Part shown: positions 1 to 15,307 of the stretch, piece after piece | Numbering within the stretch: the stretch's first letter is position 1 | How the letters are laid out: each line of letters starts with the position of its first letter | NCBI GenBank assembly: GCA_964016885.1 | Contig: OZ024740.1 | Coordinates: 235,104,001-235,168,000 of the forward strand | Direction: 5' to 3' | Length of the DNA: 64,000 bases | Source of the DNA: Eledone cirrhosa | Taxonomy: Eukaryota | The notes under the pieces: generated by a model | Told to the model about the DNA's origin: nothing | The model's input: only the letters and a program-made list of their open reading frames with translations | The model's database searches: none | Translations under genes and position numbers: made by a program

Positions 1-344
1 TTGTTCTGTGTTTGTTCTTGAGCGCTAAGGCAGTAAGTTTGCTATTCTTATACATATTTGTTGAATAAGTTCGATACTCTTCAAGCTCAAACTTCCCCGG
101 CTTATTCACTCTGAATGAAGAAAGCTGGATGGAAGAAGGACTTATGACTTAAACAGCTATTGATAGTTCCACACAAAAAGTTTATCTGCCATAAACACAC
201 CTAGCAAAGGTTGCTATTGAAAATACAGTATGGGCACCCAGGGTCGCTAGCATTTTCAGACGCACTCTGGGGACTGCGAATAACCCCACTTTTCCCGGGT
301 CAACAATTTCAGGGGAGGGGGAAGTTGATTAAATCGACCCCATT

Positions 345-470
345 GCGTACTGGTACTTTATTTTATCGACGCCGTAAGGATGAAAGGCAAAGCTAACCTC
401 GACAGGATTTGAACTCAGAACGTAAAAGGCCGTAACAACAAAGCATGTTGTTCGACGCTCTACCGATAAT
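345..470 (-). mobile_element. tRNA-derived SINE copy (family A)
   Basis: Reverse complement reads TGAGTTCAAATCCTGTCGAGGTTAGCTTTGCCTTTCATCCTTACGGCGTCGATAAAAATAAAGTACCAG, the same B-box plus core as the + strand copies at 8805, 9018, 21673 and 40943. Ends approximate. Confidence 0.8.
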
Positions 471-603
471 AATATACAATGTCTTAGGTAGTTTCCACGA
501 GAATCTGTAGTCGCTAAAACAGTCCATTTACAATATGCATGTGTGTGTGAGTTCAGCAATCTCTGTAATGTACGGAGAGATTGCCGAACACACAGATACT
601 TAG

Positions 604-1553
<950 letters not shown>

Positions 1554-1574
1554 TATATATATATATATATATAT

Positions 1575-2312
1575 ATATACGATATTAAACAAATGGAAAC
1601 TATATTTATAAAACCATATTTATTTCATTATACATATTTCAGGGATACCATATTAAAAATATGGCATGCCTTCGTCAGATAAAATACAATATATAAACAG
1701 TTTTATAAATAATTTTGACGTACCCTATTATAAGCGACCATTATATTTGGAAGCTGTCTGGATAGTGATTTGTTTATAATTATTTAGTTATAGTGTTAAG
1801 CACAGTTAGAAAAAAGACGGAGAGAAAGAAAAAACGGAGATAAAGAAAAAACGGAGAGAGAGAGGGGGGAGGAAAAGAAGGAGAGAGAGAAAAAAGAAAG
1901 ATATATATAAATAGATAGGAGGAAGTGAAAAAGAAACAAGAAAGAAATAATAGAGGCAAACGAAAGCAACAGAGAGATAATAATTCATCATACAGATAGA
2001 GAAACTCAAGAGAGAGGAAGTACTATATAGAGAGAGAAGGATAATAATTATTTAGTTATAGTGTTAAGCACAGTTAGAAAAAAAACGGAGAGAAAGAAAA
2101 AACGGAGATAAAGAAAAAACGGAGAGAGAGAGGGGAGAGGAAAAGAAGGAGAGAGAGAAAATATAAATAGATAGGATTTGACCTCCTATGGTTTTATAAA
2201 TATAGTTTACATTTGTTTAATATCGTATATCTACTCCAAAAACTTGTCGAGTGCTTTATATCAGTTATAAAATATTTACTTGTTGTAACCCAACAATTTT
2301 AAATTAAACTTT

Positions 2313-2316
<4 letters not shown>
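1575..2316. mobile_element. Rearranged pLTR-like fragment with a ~140-bp direct duplication and a terminal inversion
   Basis: 1776-1920 recurs at 2044-2176. 1578-1618 is the reverse complement of ~2187-2227. Carries a hammerhead and is bounded by (TA)n. Confidence 0.55.
1621..1686 (-). ncRNA. Minimal type I hammerhead ribozyme with long helix II
   Basis: Minus strand: UAUUUUAU-CUGACGA-AGGCAUGCCAUAUU(UUU)AAUAUGGUAUCCCU-GAAA-UAUGUA-UA^AUGAAAUA. Helix I 8 bp, canonical CUGANGA/GAAA core, AUA triplet. Confidence 0.78.

Positions 2317-2406
<90 letters not shown>
2317..2406. repeat. (TA)n microsatellite
   Basis: Visible directly. Confidence 0.95.
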
Positions 2407-2409
<3 letters not shown>

Positions 2410-2619
2410 TTTACGTATCGAGAAAGAGAAAAAAAGGGGGGATAGGTGATACATATAGTTATTTGCCAAGTAGCGTATGCCAAAGGTGCTCGATACTAGT
2501 GCCGGCAGTATTAAATATTCGAAGTGTTAATATTTAGTGGGCTAGAGAGTTAGCAGAGCGTAAGCACGTGGGAAAGTAAAAAATCGGAGAATAGACCGTT
2601 AAAACATGTTTATTTAAAA

Positions 2620-2665
2620 TATCACCTACGTACGTTTCGCCCAGTTGGACTTCTCAAGGGCATAA
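2620..2665 (-). ncRNA. Hammerhead ribozyme-like motif, U3:A8 variant, weak helix I
   Basis: Minus strand: GCCC-UUGAGAA-GUCC(AACU)GGGC-GAAA-CGUACG-UA^GGUG. Helix III is the palindrome ACGUACGU. Helix I has only 2 clean bp. Confidence 0.6.
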
Positions 2666-2953
2666 ATAATCACAAGCGTTCCATATATAGTTCGGAAAGT
2701 TTCGGGGGTTAAATCTACATCAAGATTCATTGCTCGCAAAAATATCTTGTTTTGATTTTGTAGCAGGTCAAGGGAGGTAACTCTGGCCGGTGTTAGAGCA
2801 GTCTTTCCCGGATAATTTTTTTTTTTTTTTTTTTGCCGCATCCGTTTGTCTGAGGCTGGGTCTGGTATGCAAGGATTGTTTTCTGGGTGTTATTTTGCAG
2901 CGCCTGCCCGCCGGGGTGTTAAGACTTGTTGCAGGGAGATCCAGTGTACTATT

Positions 2954-4306
2954 TCACTCTTCATCCTTAACCCATCTGAAGAAGGATATTTTTAAGCGAT
3001 GTGTACAACTTATCGCTGTTTCAGCTCTGCTGTTGATGAGCTCGTGGGGTGCAGTTATGATGTAGTAGAGCTCCATGAGGCAGAGATCGCATTTCCTCTT
3101 GAAGTTGTACGGTGCAGCCCTGCCGACAATCTCCCAGTGCGTGGAGAAGCTGATGTTTAAGTCCTTTAGTGATGTGATGTAGTCCGCGAGCGAAGTGGAG
3201 TGCCTTAGTTTTCTATTTGTGAAAGAGTGGAGATGTGTTCGAAACCTAATTTTGAACGGGCCGGAGGTGGCCCCTATATAATGTTTAACGCTATTGTGGC
3301 TAGTAATAGTGCATCTATATATAACCCTATCAGTCAAGCAGTATCCTCTAAGGGGGCAGCGTCCTCTGTCGCGGCAGTTGCAATTTCTGTCACGGTTCCG
3401 TCTATTTCCCACGGTAAGGCTATCATTGTTGCTGCCTACGTTGTTACCTACGCTACCGCAGCTGTCGTTAGCACAATTACAACCCACAGCACGCGGGATG
3501 GTGCGATTGTTATTCCGCACGTCATGTTCTGCATGTTCCCCAGTCACTTCGCGGTCATTCTGGTTGCGTCTGCGGATGCCGTTGCCAACACTATTGGATG
3601 CTGCCAGGGAGTTGTTAAGGCCGATATAGTTATTGTCAGGTGTAGGTGCGTCTGTGTTGAGGTGCTGTGTCTTGGTGATCTTACTGTGGTTCGTTGTTCC
3701 TATGATGTCTGCTAGGTTAGGAGTAGTAGAGAAGGATATTTTTATATTGTTCCTATTAAGAATTTTTCTATACCTATGGTTGGGCGGGAAGTTCTTCTCT
3801 AAGGCTTCGAAGAATATCCGGGGTATGTTGGAGGCCACACTCCGAGAGTAGGGGGGGGGGGCATAGGACGTTACGGTGGCGATTAGTGTCCTTGTACTTT
3901 TGCTACGGGTGGTTCCATCTAAGTGACCGCTCTTATGTGTGTTAATGCGCAGTCGCCCGTTCGGTGCCCCTTTCACTTTATGCTCGGGTGCACCCTTTCT
4001 ACCTCTTCCATGTTTATGTACACGAAGATGTTGGTTGGAAGGTGTTGGTAGTAGGCCGTCGCCTTTGTTGGTTTTGTAATAGGGGGATAGTTTGAGTAAT
4101 CTACAGTGTTTACCGTCGCCGGGGACGTGATCTTTGGTGCGGTTATCTATTCTATTACATCCGACTTCAACGAGGTCGCCGCGTGATCGGTTATAGGTAT
4201 GGCTTACTATAACGTTAGTTTTATGAGGGGGGTGGTTTCTAGAGCTAGCGTTAGGGATGTAGGAAATTCCTCGGTTAAAGCCGGCGCTTATCAGGGCCCT
4301 ATTGTA
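2954..4306 (-). CDS. Penelope-like element ORF, C-terminal part (linker plus GIY-YIG); no true start, truncated at 5' end
   Basis: The listed ORF 2954-3976 stays open upstream to ~4306 by manual translation ([25 protein letters not shown]...EHKVKG), giving ~450 uninterrupted codons. Confidence 0.8.
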   Translation of the reverse strand, partial: YNRALISAGFNRGISYIPNASSRNHPPHKTNVIVSHTYNRSRGDLVEVGCNRIDNRTKDHVPGDGKHCRLLKLSPYYKTNKGDGLLPTPSNQHLRVHKHGRGRKGAPEHKVKGAPNGRLRINTHKSGHLDGTTRSKSTRTLIATVTSYAPPPYSRSVASNIPRIFFEALEKNFPPNHRYRKILNRNNIKISFSTTPNLADIIGTTNHSKITKTQHLNTDAPTPDNNYIGLNNSLAASNSVGNGIRRRNQNDREVTGEHAEHDVRNNNRTIPRAVGCNCANDSCGSVGNNVGSNNDSLTVGNRRNRDRNCNCRDRGRCPLRGYCLTDRVIYRCTITSHNSVKHYIGATSGPFKIRFRTHLHSFTNRKLRHSTSLADYITSLKDLNISFSTHWEIVGRAAPYNFKRKCDLCLMELYYIITAPHELINSRAETAISCTHRLKISFFRWVKDEE

Positions 4307-4307
4307 G

Positions 4308-6235
<1,928 letters not shown>

Positions 6236-6499
6236 GTTTATGCTAATTATCCCTAGCAGTAACAGAGTTCGAGATCACTAAGCAGGTAACTGAAACCATC
6301 TTTCCATGCATGTCTCTCATACAACCAAACTCCACAACTTCAAGTCACTCAAGTTGAACACAAAAAGCTGCATTACAGTTGTATAAGTGAAGAACACAAG
6401 GAGCTTTCGTGCATTGGATATCCTGTAATCTCTCACACCTCACAATTTAATGCCGACTTTTGGTTAGTTGCCGAAAATATCTCTACAAAATGTATAAAA

Positions 6500-7880
6500 T
6501 TATCTAACCTACCACTTCTCCGTAGGTATGTCTCCACAAGCAGCACCCTGTTAGAGATGACCTAGGATAAAACAATAACAACGTCTTTCTTTTTTTACGT
6601 GAACTTATTCCAACCTTTGGAAACTTACTACAATTGTCACCTGTTCTAGCCTTACCAGCTACCCTCCTATTGCTCCCCCTTTCCAAAATGAAGGTAACAG
6701 TCGTTAGTAATTATCTTCTCCAAAACTTTCACTACTCGGTGGTTACCAACATAACCTCTGTGGAGTCAGATCTATTGATGACGTACTTTCCTCTGTCGTT
6801 CACTAGTTGTCATAGTCCTTGAGAAGTCCGACGAAAGCAATGTCGTTGCACCTGATATCGATCAGCAAACTCTTTGGTTGTCTTTATGAGAACCTCCTCG
6901 CTAAGCCGACAGCCTTTGGGAAGAGTTCATTTGTGTCTTATCTCTTGGATTGCAAACCTTCTCTCATATTGTGTTATGGCGCTAAAAGGACTAATTTTGA
7001 TCCACTCTATTAATTTTAGTATGCTTTAAGGTTCGATTATTCAACCTATACTTTTCTTCTCGTATATTAACGATCTGTTTACTGTGACCTTCAACAAAGC
7101 TCGTTGTTATGCAAGTAATACATTGTTTTCTTTCACACTAAGTTGTTTTGCACAGGTGGTATATACATACAGCTAGGATACCAGACGCCAAATGTGCACT
7201 ATTTTTAAAAACATCAACAGATTAGTATGTCTCTTACAAAATCACGAAAATTGATGCACTGTTCAGTTCAAATAAGCAATCCTTTCGCTCAACTTCTCGA
7301 GTCTTGGAAGATGCGCAATTAAAGCACTCAAAGTCGCTGCAAATGCTCGGCTTCACGATCTTTGAGGAGCTTTTTGAATAACCCCAACATACACAATCTA
7401 CCTTAAACTGCATCTATTCAGACACAGAAAATACTTTAGTTCTTATCAATCACTGAGTCTTCACAAATCTCAAGTGAAACATGCAATTGAATATTTTGTA
7501 TGCAAATGTCCTAAATCACATCCAAAACAAGGCCATTTGACTGATTGGCGAAAACTTACACTACAACCTCTGGCCTACACCTGTCATATCCTCCGCTCCC
7601 AATGCTCTCTAATCTATAGCTACTAGAAGGGCAGCGTCTCCTCTAATCTAGCTACTTACATACCAGCTCTACCCAACCCAAGCCCACCCAATAAATTCAC
7701 CTTCCTCTCCTCTCATCACATTTACTCTGTCTCCTATGCTTTGCTCATCACTTTGTATAAATTTCCTTCCTCGAAACGTCAACCCTATGAAAGTCACTAC
7801 TCGTTAACGTATTTCCAACAAACTTCACCTTACAAGAAGTTAAGCTGGACATAAAGCGCACCAATTTCACTAGTTTTATT
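6500..7880 (+). mobile_element. Highly degenerate non-LTR (CR1/Jockey-group-like) reverse transcriptase remnant
   Basis: Broken motifs ISKLF...ENLLAK..AFG (DISKAFD-like), GSIIQPILFFSYINDL at ~7030-7077 and LHKSQVKHAIEY. Many stops. Ends approximate. Confidence 0.65.
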
Positions 7881-8584
7881 AGCCTTGGGATATCATTGGT
7901 AAAGCCTGTTTTCCTTACTGAAACATTTAAAAATACTCTACGATTCCGGAACTCCGTTTTCATTTTGATATTCGCATTAATAAGTCATATTTCATTCCGA
8001 ATGATAACACATATATGGCGGTGTGCCTTCCGTCACTTCAATTTAATGTCAATTATACTCCACACAGTTTCTAGATTATAACTATTACTTCGGTTAGTTA
8101 TCTCCCTTGTTTGTTTAATAAATGAAAAGTTGTTTCCCTTATACTGTAATCTTTCTTTTTTTTTATCTTTTTTAGTGGATACAAATGTTATATTGTTAAG
8201 ATGCGAAAATGGGGTCTATCGTCTATGCCTTTTCCAGAAATAGTTTGCTGGAAGAGAAGTGAATCATTGTTCTTTAGGAATCGAAGGCGAATCATAAACA
8301 CGCTTTAGAATTTCTCTATATTCAACAGTCAGTTAAGTTTCGTGTTGTTATATACAAAATACCACAAATATTGTTGTTGTTTTTTCTACATAGCATGCAT
8401 TCAGGAACATAATGGAGAGAAGATGAGAATGTGTGGCCTTCATGCTTTTTTCAAGAGTATTAGTGATGCAATTGAATAGTTATTAAAACTGGGTTACAGA
8501 ACTTCCCCCTCCATATACATGTATCAGTGTGTACATCATGACTCTTACACTGTTCACTTTCCTGACATTTGTACGTTATTCTTA

Positions 8585-9195
8585 TGGTCTGAGTTCAAAT
8601 TCCGCCGAGGTTAACTTTGCTTTTCATCCTTACGGTGTCGATAAAATAAAGTACCAGTAATGCACTGAAGTAATTTCTGGCCTTGTGCCAAAAGTAGAAA
8701 TAATTATTCTATGTACTATACATGCACCTTTGATGAGTTGTTGTGCACCTGAGCACTGTACACAATAATTTTCATTATTATTATTATCGGGGAGGGCGAT
8801 CAATTGGCAGTATCGGTAGAGTGTCGGACGCCATGCTTTGCAGCATAGAGTTACGACCCTTTATGATCTGAGTTCAAATCCCGCCGAGGTTAACTTAGCC
8901 TTTCATCCTTACGGGGTCGTAAAATAAAGTACTAGTCACGTACTGGTGTCGATTTAATCGACTTTCCCCTCTTCCCAAATTGCTGGCGTTGTGCCTATAT
9001 AAGAGACCATTGTGGATTGGCAGTATCGGTAGAGAGTCGGACGCCATGCTTTTCAGCGTAGAGTTATGGCCCTTTATGATCTGAGTTCAAATCCCGCCGA
9101 GGTTAACTTTGCCTTTCGTCCGTACGGGGTCGATAAAATAAAGTACCAGTAATGCACTGGGATAATTGCTGGCCTTGTGCCAAAAGTAGAAACAT
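8585..9195 (+). mobile_element. Three clustered SINE family A copies (~8585-8710, ~8805-9005, ~9018-9195)
   Basis: A-box-like TGGCAGTATCGG, B-box GAGTTCAAATCC, core GCCTTTCATCCTTACGGGGTCGATAAAATAAAGTACCAG, tail GGCCTTGTGCCAAAAGTAGAAA(ATT)n. Confidence 0.85.
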
Positions 9196-10289
9196 TTATT
9201 TAATTCCAGGGTGGCATCATTTCATTTAAAGACATGAAAGTCTCTATACTATTTTGAAAACAAATACAAATAATTGCTCCATGAAGAATTCCAAAGTTAT
9301 AACTATTTAGTTTTTGGAGCTGTCTTGTCATGAGATAACCAGGGTGCTCTACTGATTTTGGTCTTTGAGGAGTTTTCTGGTTTTGTTGCACTACGTGTTG
9401 ATAAGGCACTGATCTTTCTTGATTCTCTGAGGCTACTTGCTCTTGAGTCATCTTATCTTTCTCAGGTCTGCTGGAATCCACTAAAGAACTGAGACTACAA
9501 TACTCCTCCCTGGACAGCACACCAGACTATCGCAGGGTTAAACTCCCAGCTATTGCTGGTACTCATTTTCAGTTGAATATACTGGAGCAACATGAAATGA
9601 AGTGTTTTGCTGAAGAACACAACACATAACTCAGTACAGGAATTGAAAAGTTATAATTACATGGAAGCACGTGGCCTAGTGGTAATGGTGTTGAACTTAT
9701 GACCAAATGTATTACAAGATCTAAATTTGAATCATATGACTTTCAGTTCGAATTTCATGTTTTATATAATCAGAAATGGCCCTAGAGAAAAAGTATCAGA
9801 CTTCTATCAGATTGGTCGAATTCAAATCTGCTTCAGATATTTTATTGTGTTTCTGAAAAGGCCACTTAATTCTACATTACCTCTGTTCATTTGCCTGCAG
9901 GTGGATAAGTGTCAGACTCTCCTAGAAAAGCAGCCTGTCATAGATTATCCTCCTATTCAGTGAAATCTTTGCCTCTCATCTGTTGTGTGAGGAAGATGAG
10001 TGTTGAAGACCAGCCCAAGAGGACCTTATGATTGCTGAATACATTAACTAATTAACATTCTGAGGTCAAGTCAACTGACTACAACTCCTCCCTAGCTGTT
10101 TTTCTCTGGTAGACAACCTTAACAAGATATAGCAGGTGAGTTCTCATTGAACGGCACTAGTTCTGTAACTTCCCTTTTCATTTGGAATTACTCACAGGTT
10201 ATTTACTTTGGTGTTATTTTCAATAATATACTATATTCGGTAATATATTATATTCTAAAATATAATGCACTGTATTCAGTAATATGATT

Positions 10290-11600
10290 GAGAAGAAAAA
10301 ATAACTTTGATCTTCTGGAGTGGCTCAACAAAGCTGACACACAGATAGCTTCCTGCACCTCAATATTCAAAATGAATTCAGTTCTAAAATAGCTAACAAA
10401 GAGAGAGATTTACTTGGTGTAGTAGACCAGTATTTTTTTAATTATTATTGTTAACAACTTTATTGCTAAATCCAACAAAGAACACCTTACCTTGTGTATT
10501 TGTTAAGTCGACAAACGTTTGGTGGCCAATGAAGAATATCTGAATGTTTATTACTTGCCAGGCATAAACTTTCCAACAGTATTTTCAGTTATCATCAATG
10601 CACTAACAAAACTGTAACCATATTCATGTAATTGTAGAGTAATAGGCTTTGACAGTGTGAGCACTGCGCTTGAAAATAAATCTGGAATGACCAAGCATTT
10701 GAATGAACATTAACTGAGAAAGGAGGCTGTTACTCTAATCAACAGGGATAATTTACTTGTTAATTTAACAGTCCAATTTGACTGTTGGCAAATTATTAAG
10801 AATTTTTTGAAAGCAAACATCATGCACTGTCCATTTAATATTACTTGAAAAGGTCAATGAGATAGATGAAAAATTGAGACAATATGTCAATTAATAACAA
10901 TTTTAAAACACCCAAGAAACCTCCCAACAAATGTGTCCGAACATGGAAGAGCCGAACTCCCACTGTCATCGCCTAAGATACTATCAGACATCAATTAACA
11001 AGTAAATTCTCTCTCATTCTACTAAAATGGATACTGATACTTGGGTTTGTATAATTGGATTCCAGACTTAAATGGAAATTTAATTTCTTCTTTTGACAAA
11101 ATCTTGACATGCTGACAATTTAGTGAAATCACATTGCAAGCAGCTAAAATGTTTTCAACAGATAGAAAGCGGATGACTGGAATTACTGAACAAGTTTTGA
11201 AAGATAAAATGAAGATTAATTTGACATCTATGATGATATATTGCAGAAGGAAGGAAATACCCTTTTGTCTCAGAACCTGTATCATCACAGAAGTGAAAGG
11301 CTTCTAGAAAAATTAAAATGGGAATTGCAGAAAGTATATTCCTGCTGATAGCATGAGACCATTACGGATGTGTATTTTAAGGTCAGAGATACAATAATCT
11401 CTTCTATAGACCAACACTTTGATAAGATGAGTTACATGCTATATTCAAGGATGGAAACATTGCATAGAAAGGCAATCAGAAATCAATTTTATAAAAGAAA
11501 GATATGCTGATGACTTTGACAGTAATACTTTGATAACTCAACTCCCAACATTGGCAGTTTTTATGAAAGACCAGTTTATTAAATAGATTAAGTTGGGTTG
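10290..11600 (+). mobile_element. Possible very degenerate DNA-transposon (hAT-like) remnant
   Basis: Only short peptide hints (LLEWL, LNIQNEF, HCHRL, IISSIDQHF). No intact ORF or TIRs identified. Confidence 0.25.
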
Positions 11601-13591
11601 AATAATAAATCTTATACAAATGACTACTTTTATCTCTTAGTATTTATTTTTTGTCACTTAGAACAGAAGGCAGTGCCCATAATCCTTTCCATGATCCTCC
11701 AAGATTTGTGGGAGGAAGATATCCTTGAAACTGAGACCTGACTTGAATACTTGCAATAGAATGGATTTCACAAAAGGTGGTAAGAAACTCTCAGGAAAGT
11801 TGGACAACAGAAGGTATTTATAGAAGAAACTCCTCTCAAACAAGTGTTTCGGCCCTGAACTAGGCCATATTGGGATTTGAACACAGAACACAGTACTGCA
11901 AGGTATCCGGTCCAACGTTTTAATGATTCCACAAGCCTACCATATGCTGGCACTAATTTTTATTAGCTCCTCACTACACACAAACCGTTCTGCTGTGCAT
12001 ATGCATAATGATTTTAAAAATGGAATACCTTTTAACTTTTTATTTCATTTTTAATATTCATATTTGTTTATTATAAAATAAAATTCATATTTATTCTCAG
12101 CCAAAATATAATCACCAGTTCTTTCAGACAAATTATTTTATAGTATTTTTTATTCTTTACTCCTATCAACAAGGTACCAAAAAATAATTTTCCCCATACA
12201 CACATCGTCTTTATCCTCTTAGCTACTTTAGGGGATGGGGGTAATAACAAACAGCAAAACCAATTTGCAACCACATTTTGATTACGAGTCATAGACATTT
12301 TAGTTAAGTTATATCACCAACGTACTCTGGAATTACATGAATCTCACACAATCTCATTTAATCCTTCTTTAACTTTGAAAACCTTGAATCGATAAAAGAC
12401 GGTTTGTGATAAAGTCAGTTAGTTTAACGGCGTTTGGTGACGTGTTAGAATTATGTTTACATAGTAACCAGCGGCACATAGTGATTGTTGAAAACAAACA
12501 AGAATACCACGTGATAATATCACATGGCCGCTTAAAATGTGGTGAACTATATCGCTAAGATAGATTTAGATAATGTAAGTGAAATTAAAAAATATAATTT
12601 ATCCAAGATAACCTTCAAACTTATAGATTTCTTAAAGTTGTATTTTTAAACAAAAACTGTAACTGCAAAAAAATAAATAATTTTTCTCGAGTTTTAACTG
12701 GGAGCATTTACCTGCTCCCTGTCATGTTTGAATTAAGTTGCGCTAGAATCGATATTTGGCCCATAATTACGAATAAAGAAAAGTCGATATTTAGTCACTC
12801 GGTTGTATTTGTTTCCAAGCCAACCCTCACTAAAATTGATTGCCAATTTTCAAAATAAATATCATTTCAGAGAATCGATTTATATTTCTTTACAGAGACT
12901 GAAAACTTCTTTATCAACACAAAATCGTTTTATTTATCTACAGGGAAAATGTGCGGTTTCGATTAACACCGCTCACCATTGTAGTAGCTTTACGATCGTT
13001 GCTAATGTTCGTAATAGCATAAAGTTCACAACTTCCGTTCCGTATCAGTTCTTTTAATGGATATTTCTGATAACCCAGGTTCAAACAATTCACTCTATCA
13101 CACTTTATGCGTGTGGAAATTAAATTCAGTGCTGTCCGTGCATATGCAAAAAGCAAAAAAAGCGAAGTGAACTTCAACTGAGAATTGAAACCAGAACACT
13201 TCCTCTAACTTTTACACTACTATAGCTACTAATGTACATGTGGTGCTGGTCATTACGTTTGTGTTAATTCATATGATTGTCGAAGAGTGGAATTGGTTAG
13301 CCGATGACGATAGACAATTTCAAACTTGCATTCTGCATCATACAATGAGATGGAGTATGGAAGAATTTTGAATAAATGTTTTGTTTTGTTTTCAATTGCC
13401 TTATTCTCGTTGTTGGCAAGAGAAGAATGACCAAACTCATAATGTAGGTGTGTCTACATGTTTGAATGACGAATATGCGTATACACACCTTAATGTATGT
13501 GTCTGCGCGAAGTCGTTCACCGAATGTGTACATGTATATATATGTATGTGTATAGATACGTACTTGTGTATGCATGCACACTGTACATCTA

Positions 13592-13631
<40 letters not shown>

Positions 13632-13689
13632 CATATATACATACATACATACGCACATATATGCCCTACTTCAGCTGGGAGCGAGGTTT

Positions 13690-13772
13690 GAATGTCCAGA
13701 AACGGAACGGTCCCTGGCTGTAAAGCTGCGCGCGCATGCTCCCTCCCGCCTCGGCTCGACACATGATGGCGG
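13690..13772 (+). promoter_or_regulatory. Probable CpG-rich proximal promoter/5' UTR of the LEMD3-like gene
   Basis: Local CpG/GC enrichment, NRF1-like GCGCGCGCATGC, ETS-like CGGAA and YY1-like ATGGCGGC at the start codon. Confidence 0.5.
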
Positions 13773-14321
13773 CCCGACTTTCTGATGAAGCACTATGTAA
13801 GGAAATAGGCAAATATGGCGAGAAAGTTAAACTGCCTCTCAACAACAGCAAACGTTCGATATTACAGAAAAAACTCAATCATCTACAAGCCAAAAATAAA
13901 CGCAAATCTACACCGATACGACACAAATCTTACAACAATGATGTGTCCGGCTTTAGCTCGGATAATGACGACTCGGCTTTTGGTGAACACTTCTACCACT
14001 AAAACTCTCACAAAGTCGGCTTCTCCTAGTTCGAGAACAACCCGTGCTGCAACGGCTGCCGCAGCAGCTGCTACAGCCAGTAATTCCAGCCCTTCTCTAT
14101 CTCCAAATGTCCCCAAAAGGAGGTCGATGTCAAATCTCAACAATGACGACCATCTTTCAGACAACACGCACAATGATTCAATATATGGCTTACATTCTCC
14201 AACATCAGGATCGAATCAGACTCCTAGAAAACCTCCCGGGGTCATATCTTACCATTCATCTCTTGGTGCTAATAACAGCAGCATAGACAGCCCATCTTGC
14301 AACAGCATATATTCTAACCAC
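13763..14321 (+). CDS. LEMD3: MAN1/LEMD3-like exon 1 (LEM domain plus low-complexity region), partial, with apparent 1-nt frameshift at ~13978-13981
   Basis: MMAARLSDEALCKEIGKYGEKVKLPLNNSKRSILQKKLNHLQ fits the LEM consensus, followed by the MAN1-like GFSSD motif. The frame stops at 14002, but the +1 frame stays open with Ser/Ala-rich sequence into the gap. Confidence 0.82.
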
Positions 14322-14521
14322 NNNNNNNNNNNNNNNNNNNNNNNNNNNNNNNNNNNNNNNNNNNNNNNNNNNNNNNNNNNNNNNNNNNNNNNNNNNNNNN
14401 NNNNNNNNNNNNNNNNNNNNNNNNNNNNNNNNNNNNNNNNNNNNNNNNNNNNNNNNNNNNNNNNNNNNNNNNNNNNNNNNNNNNNNNNNNNNNNNNNNNN
14501 NNNNNNNNNNNNNNNNNNNNN
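14322..14521. other. Assembly gap (200 N)
   Basis: Run of N. The end of exon 1, including TM1, is not seen and probably lies here. Confidence 0.99.
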
Positions 14522-15251
14522 TGTATGCATGTGTTTATATGAATGTGTGTGTGTGTATATGCACGTACATATGTCAGCATTTAAATGATTTTGAAAGTAT
14601 GTATAAACAGGCTTAGGTATTTATAAAAACCGTTTGTATATGTAACCGAATTTCATTTCTGATGTTAGAAATAATTAGTATTGGAAAAACTATTTAATTG
14701 AGTGGTTATAACACCCTAGATATGGTCTATGGTAATGTATACACACCATTTGAAGGTAAGGATTGATGAAGCCTATGCCAAAGTATATAGAACCCTTAAG
14801 GATAGTTGATTTTTAAATAAAAAAAACCGTTTGTGTTAATTCATATACAACAAACATTCGTAATTTGTATATATGTACTGTTCCTCTGTTGTAATAAAAC
14901 TTCCGCTATACGTAAGATATGCACGCCAATATCATTTCTAACCAATATGTCTCCAATAATAATGGGCAGTGTCCCCCCTCTTCCATAGGGTGTGCCAAAT
15001 AAAGTACCAGCCTAGTACTTGGATCGGTTTAAGAGACTTTCCTATACCACCGAAATGGCTGGCCTTGTGCCTAAATTAGAAAAAAATATTATTTGTTGTA
15101 GTAGTAGCTTTTCTTGTGTGGTTGATAGCCTGGGTAGAATTGGGATGCATTTCAGGTAAGAAAAAGCCTATGATGTAAAGAGGTCAACGCATATTTAAAG
15201 GGTTGAAAATCTCTTGTAATTCAGAGATTAGTTATGTGGTCTATCTCACTG

Positions 15252-15307
<56 letters not shown>

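Larger units (their letters stand above)
2407..4307 (-). mobile_element. 5'-truncated Penelope-like retroelement 1 (post-RT linker, GIY-YIG endonuclease, 3' pLTR)
   Basis: ORF motifs [55 protein letters not shown]...HYIG, CDLCLME. Hammerhead-like motif in the 3' UTR. Both ends abut (TA)n. Confidence 0.88.

Noticed and set aside
3227-3851. Plus-strand ORFs overlapping Penelope element 1
   Set aside because: Antisense shadows of the GIY-YIG ORF with no recognisable motifs.
8805-8885. tRNA genes at A/B-box matches (also 23180-23245 and 44136-44200)
   Set aside because: No complete cloverleaf, and each continues into a repeated body and tail, so they are SINE heads.
9200-9520. 106-aa minus-strand ORF as a terminal coding exon
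   Set aside because: It has a plausible acceptor at ~9481 but no recognisable homology, and I could not link it in phase to upstream candidate exons.
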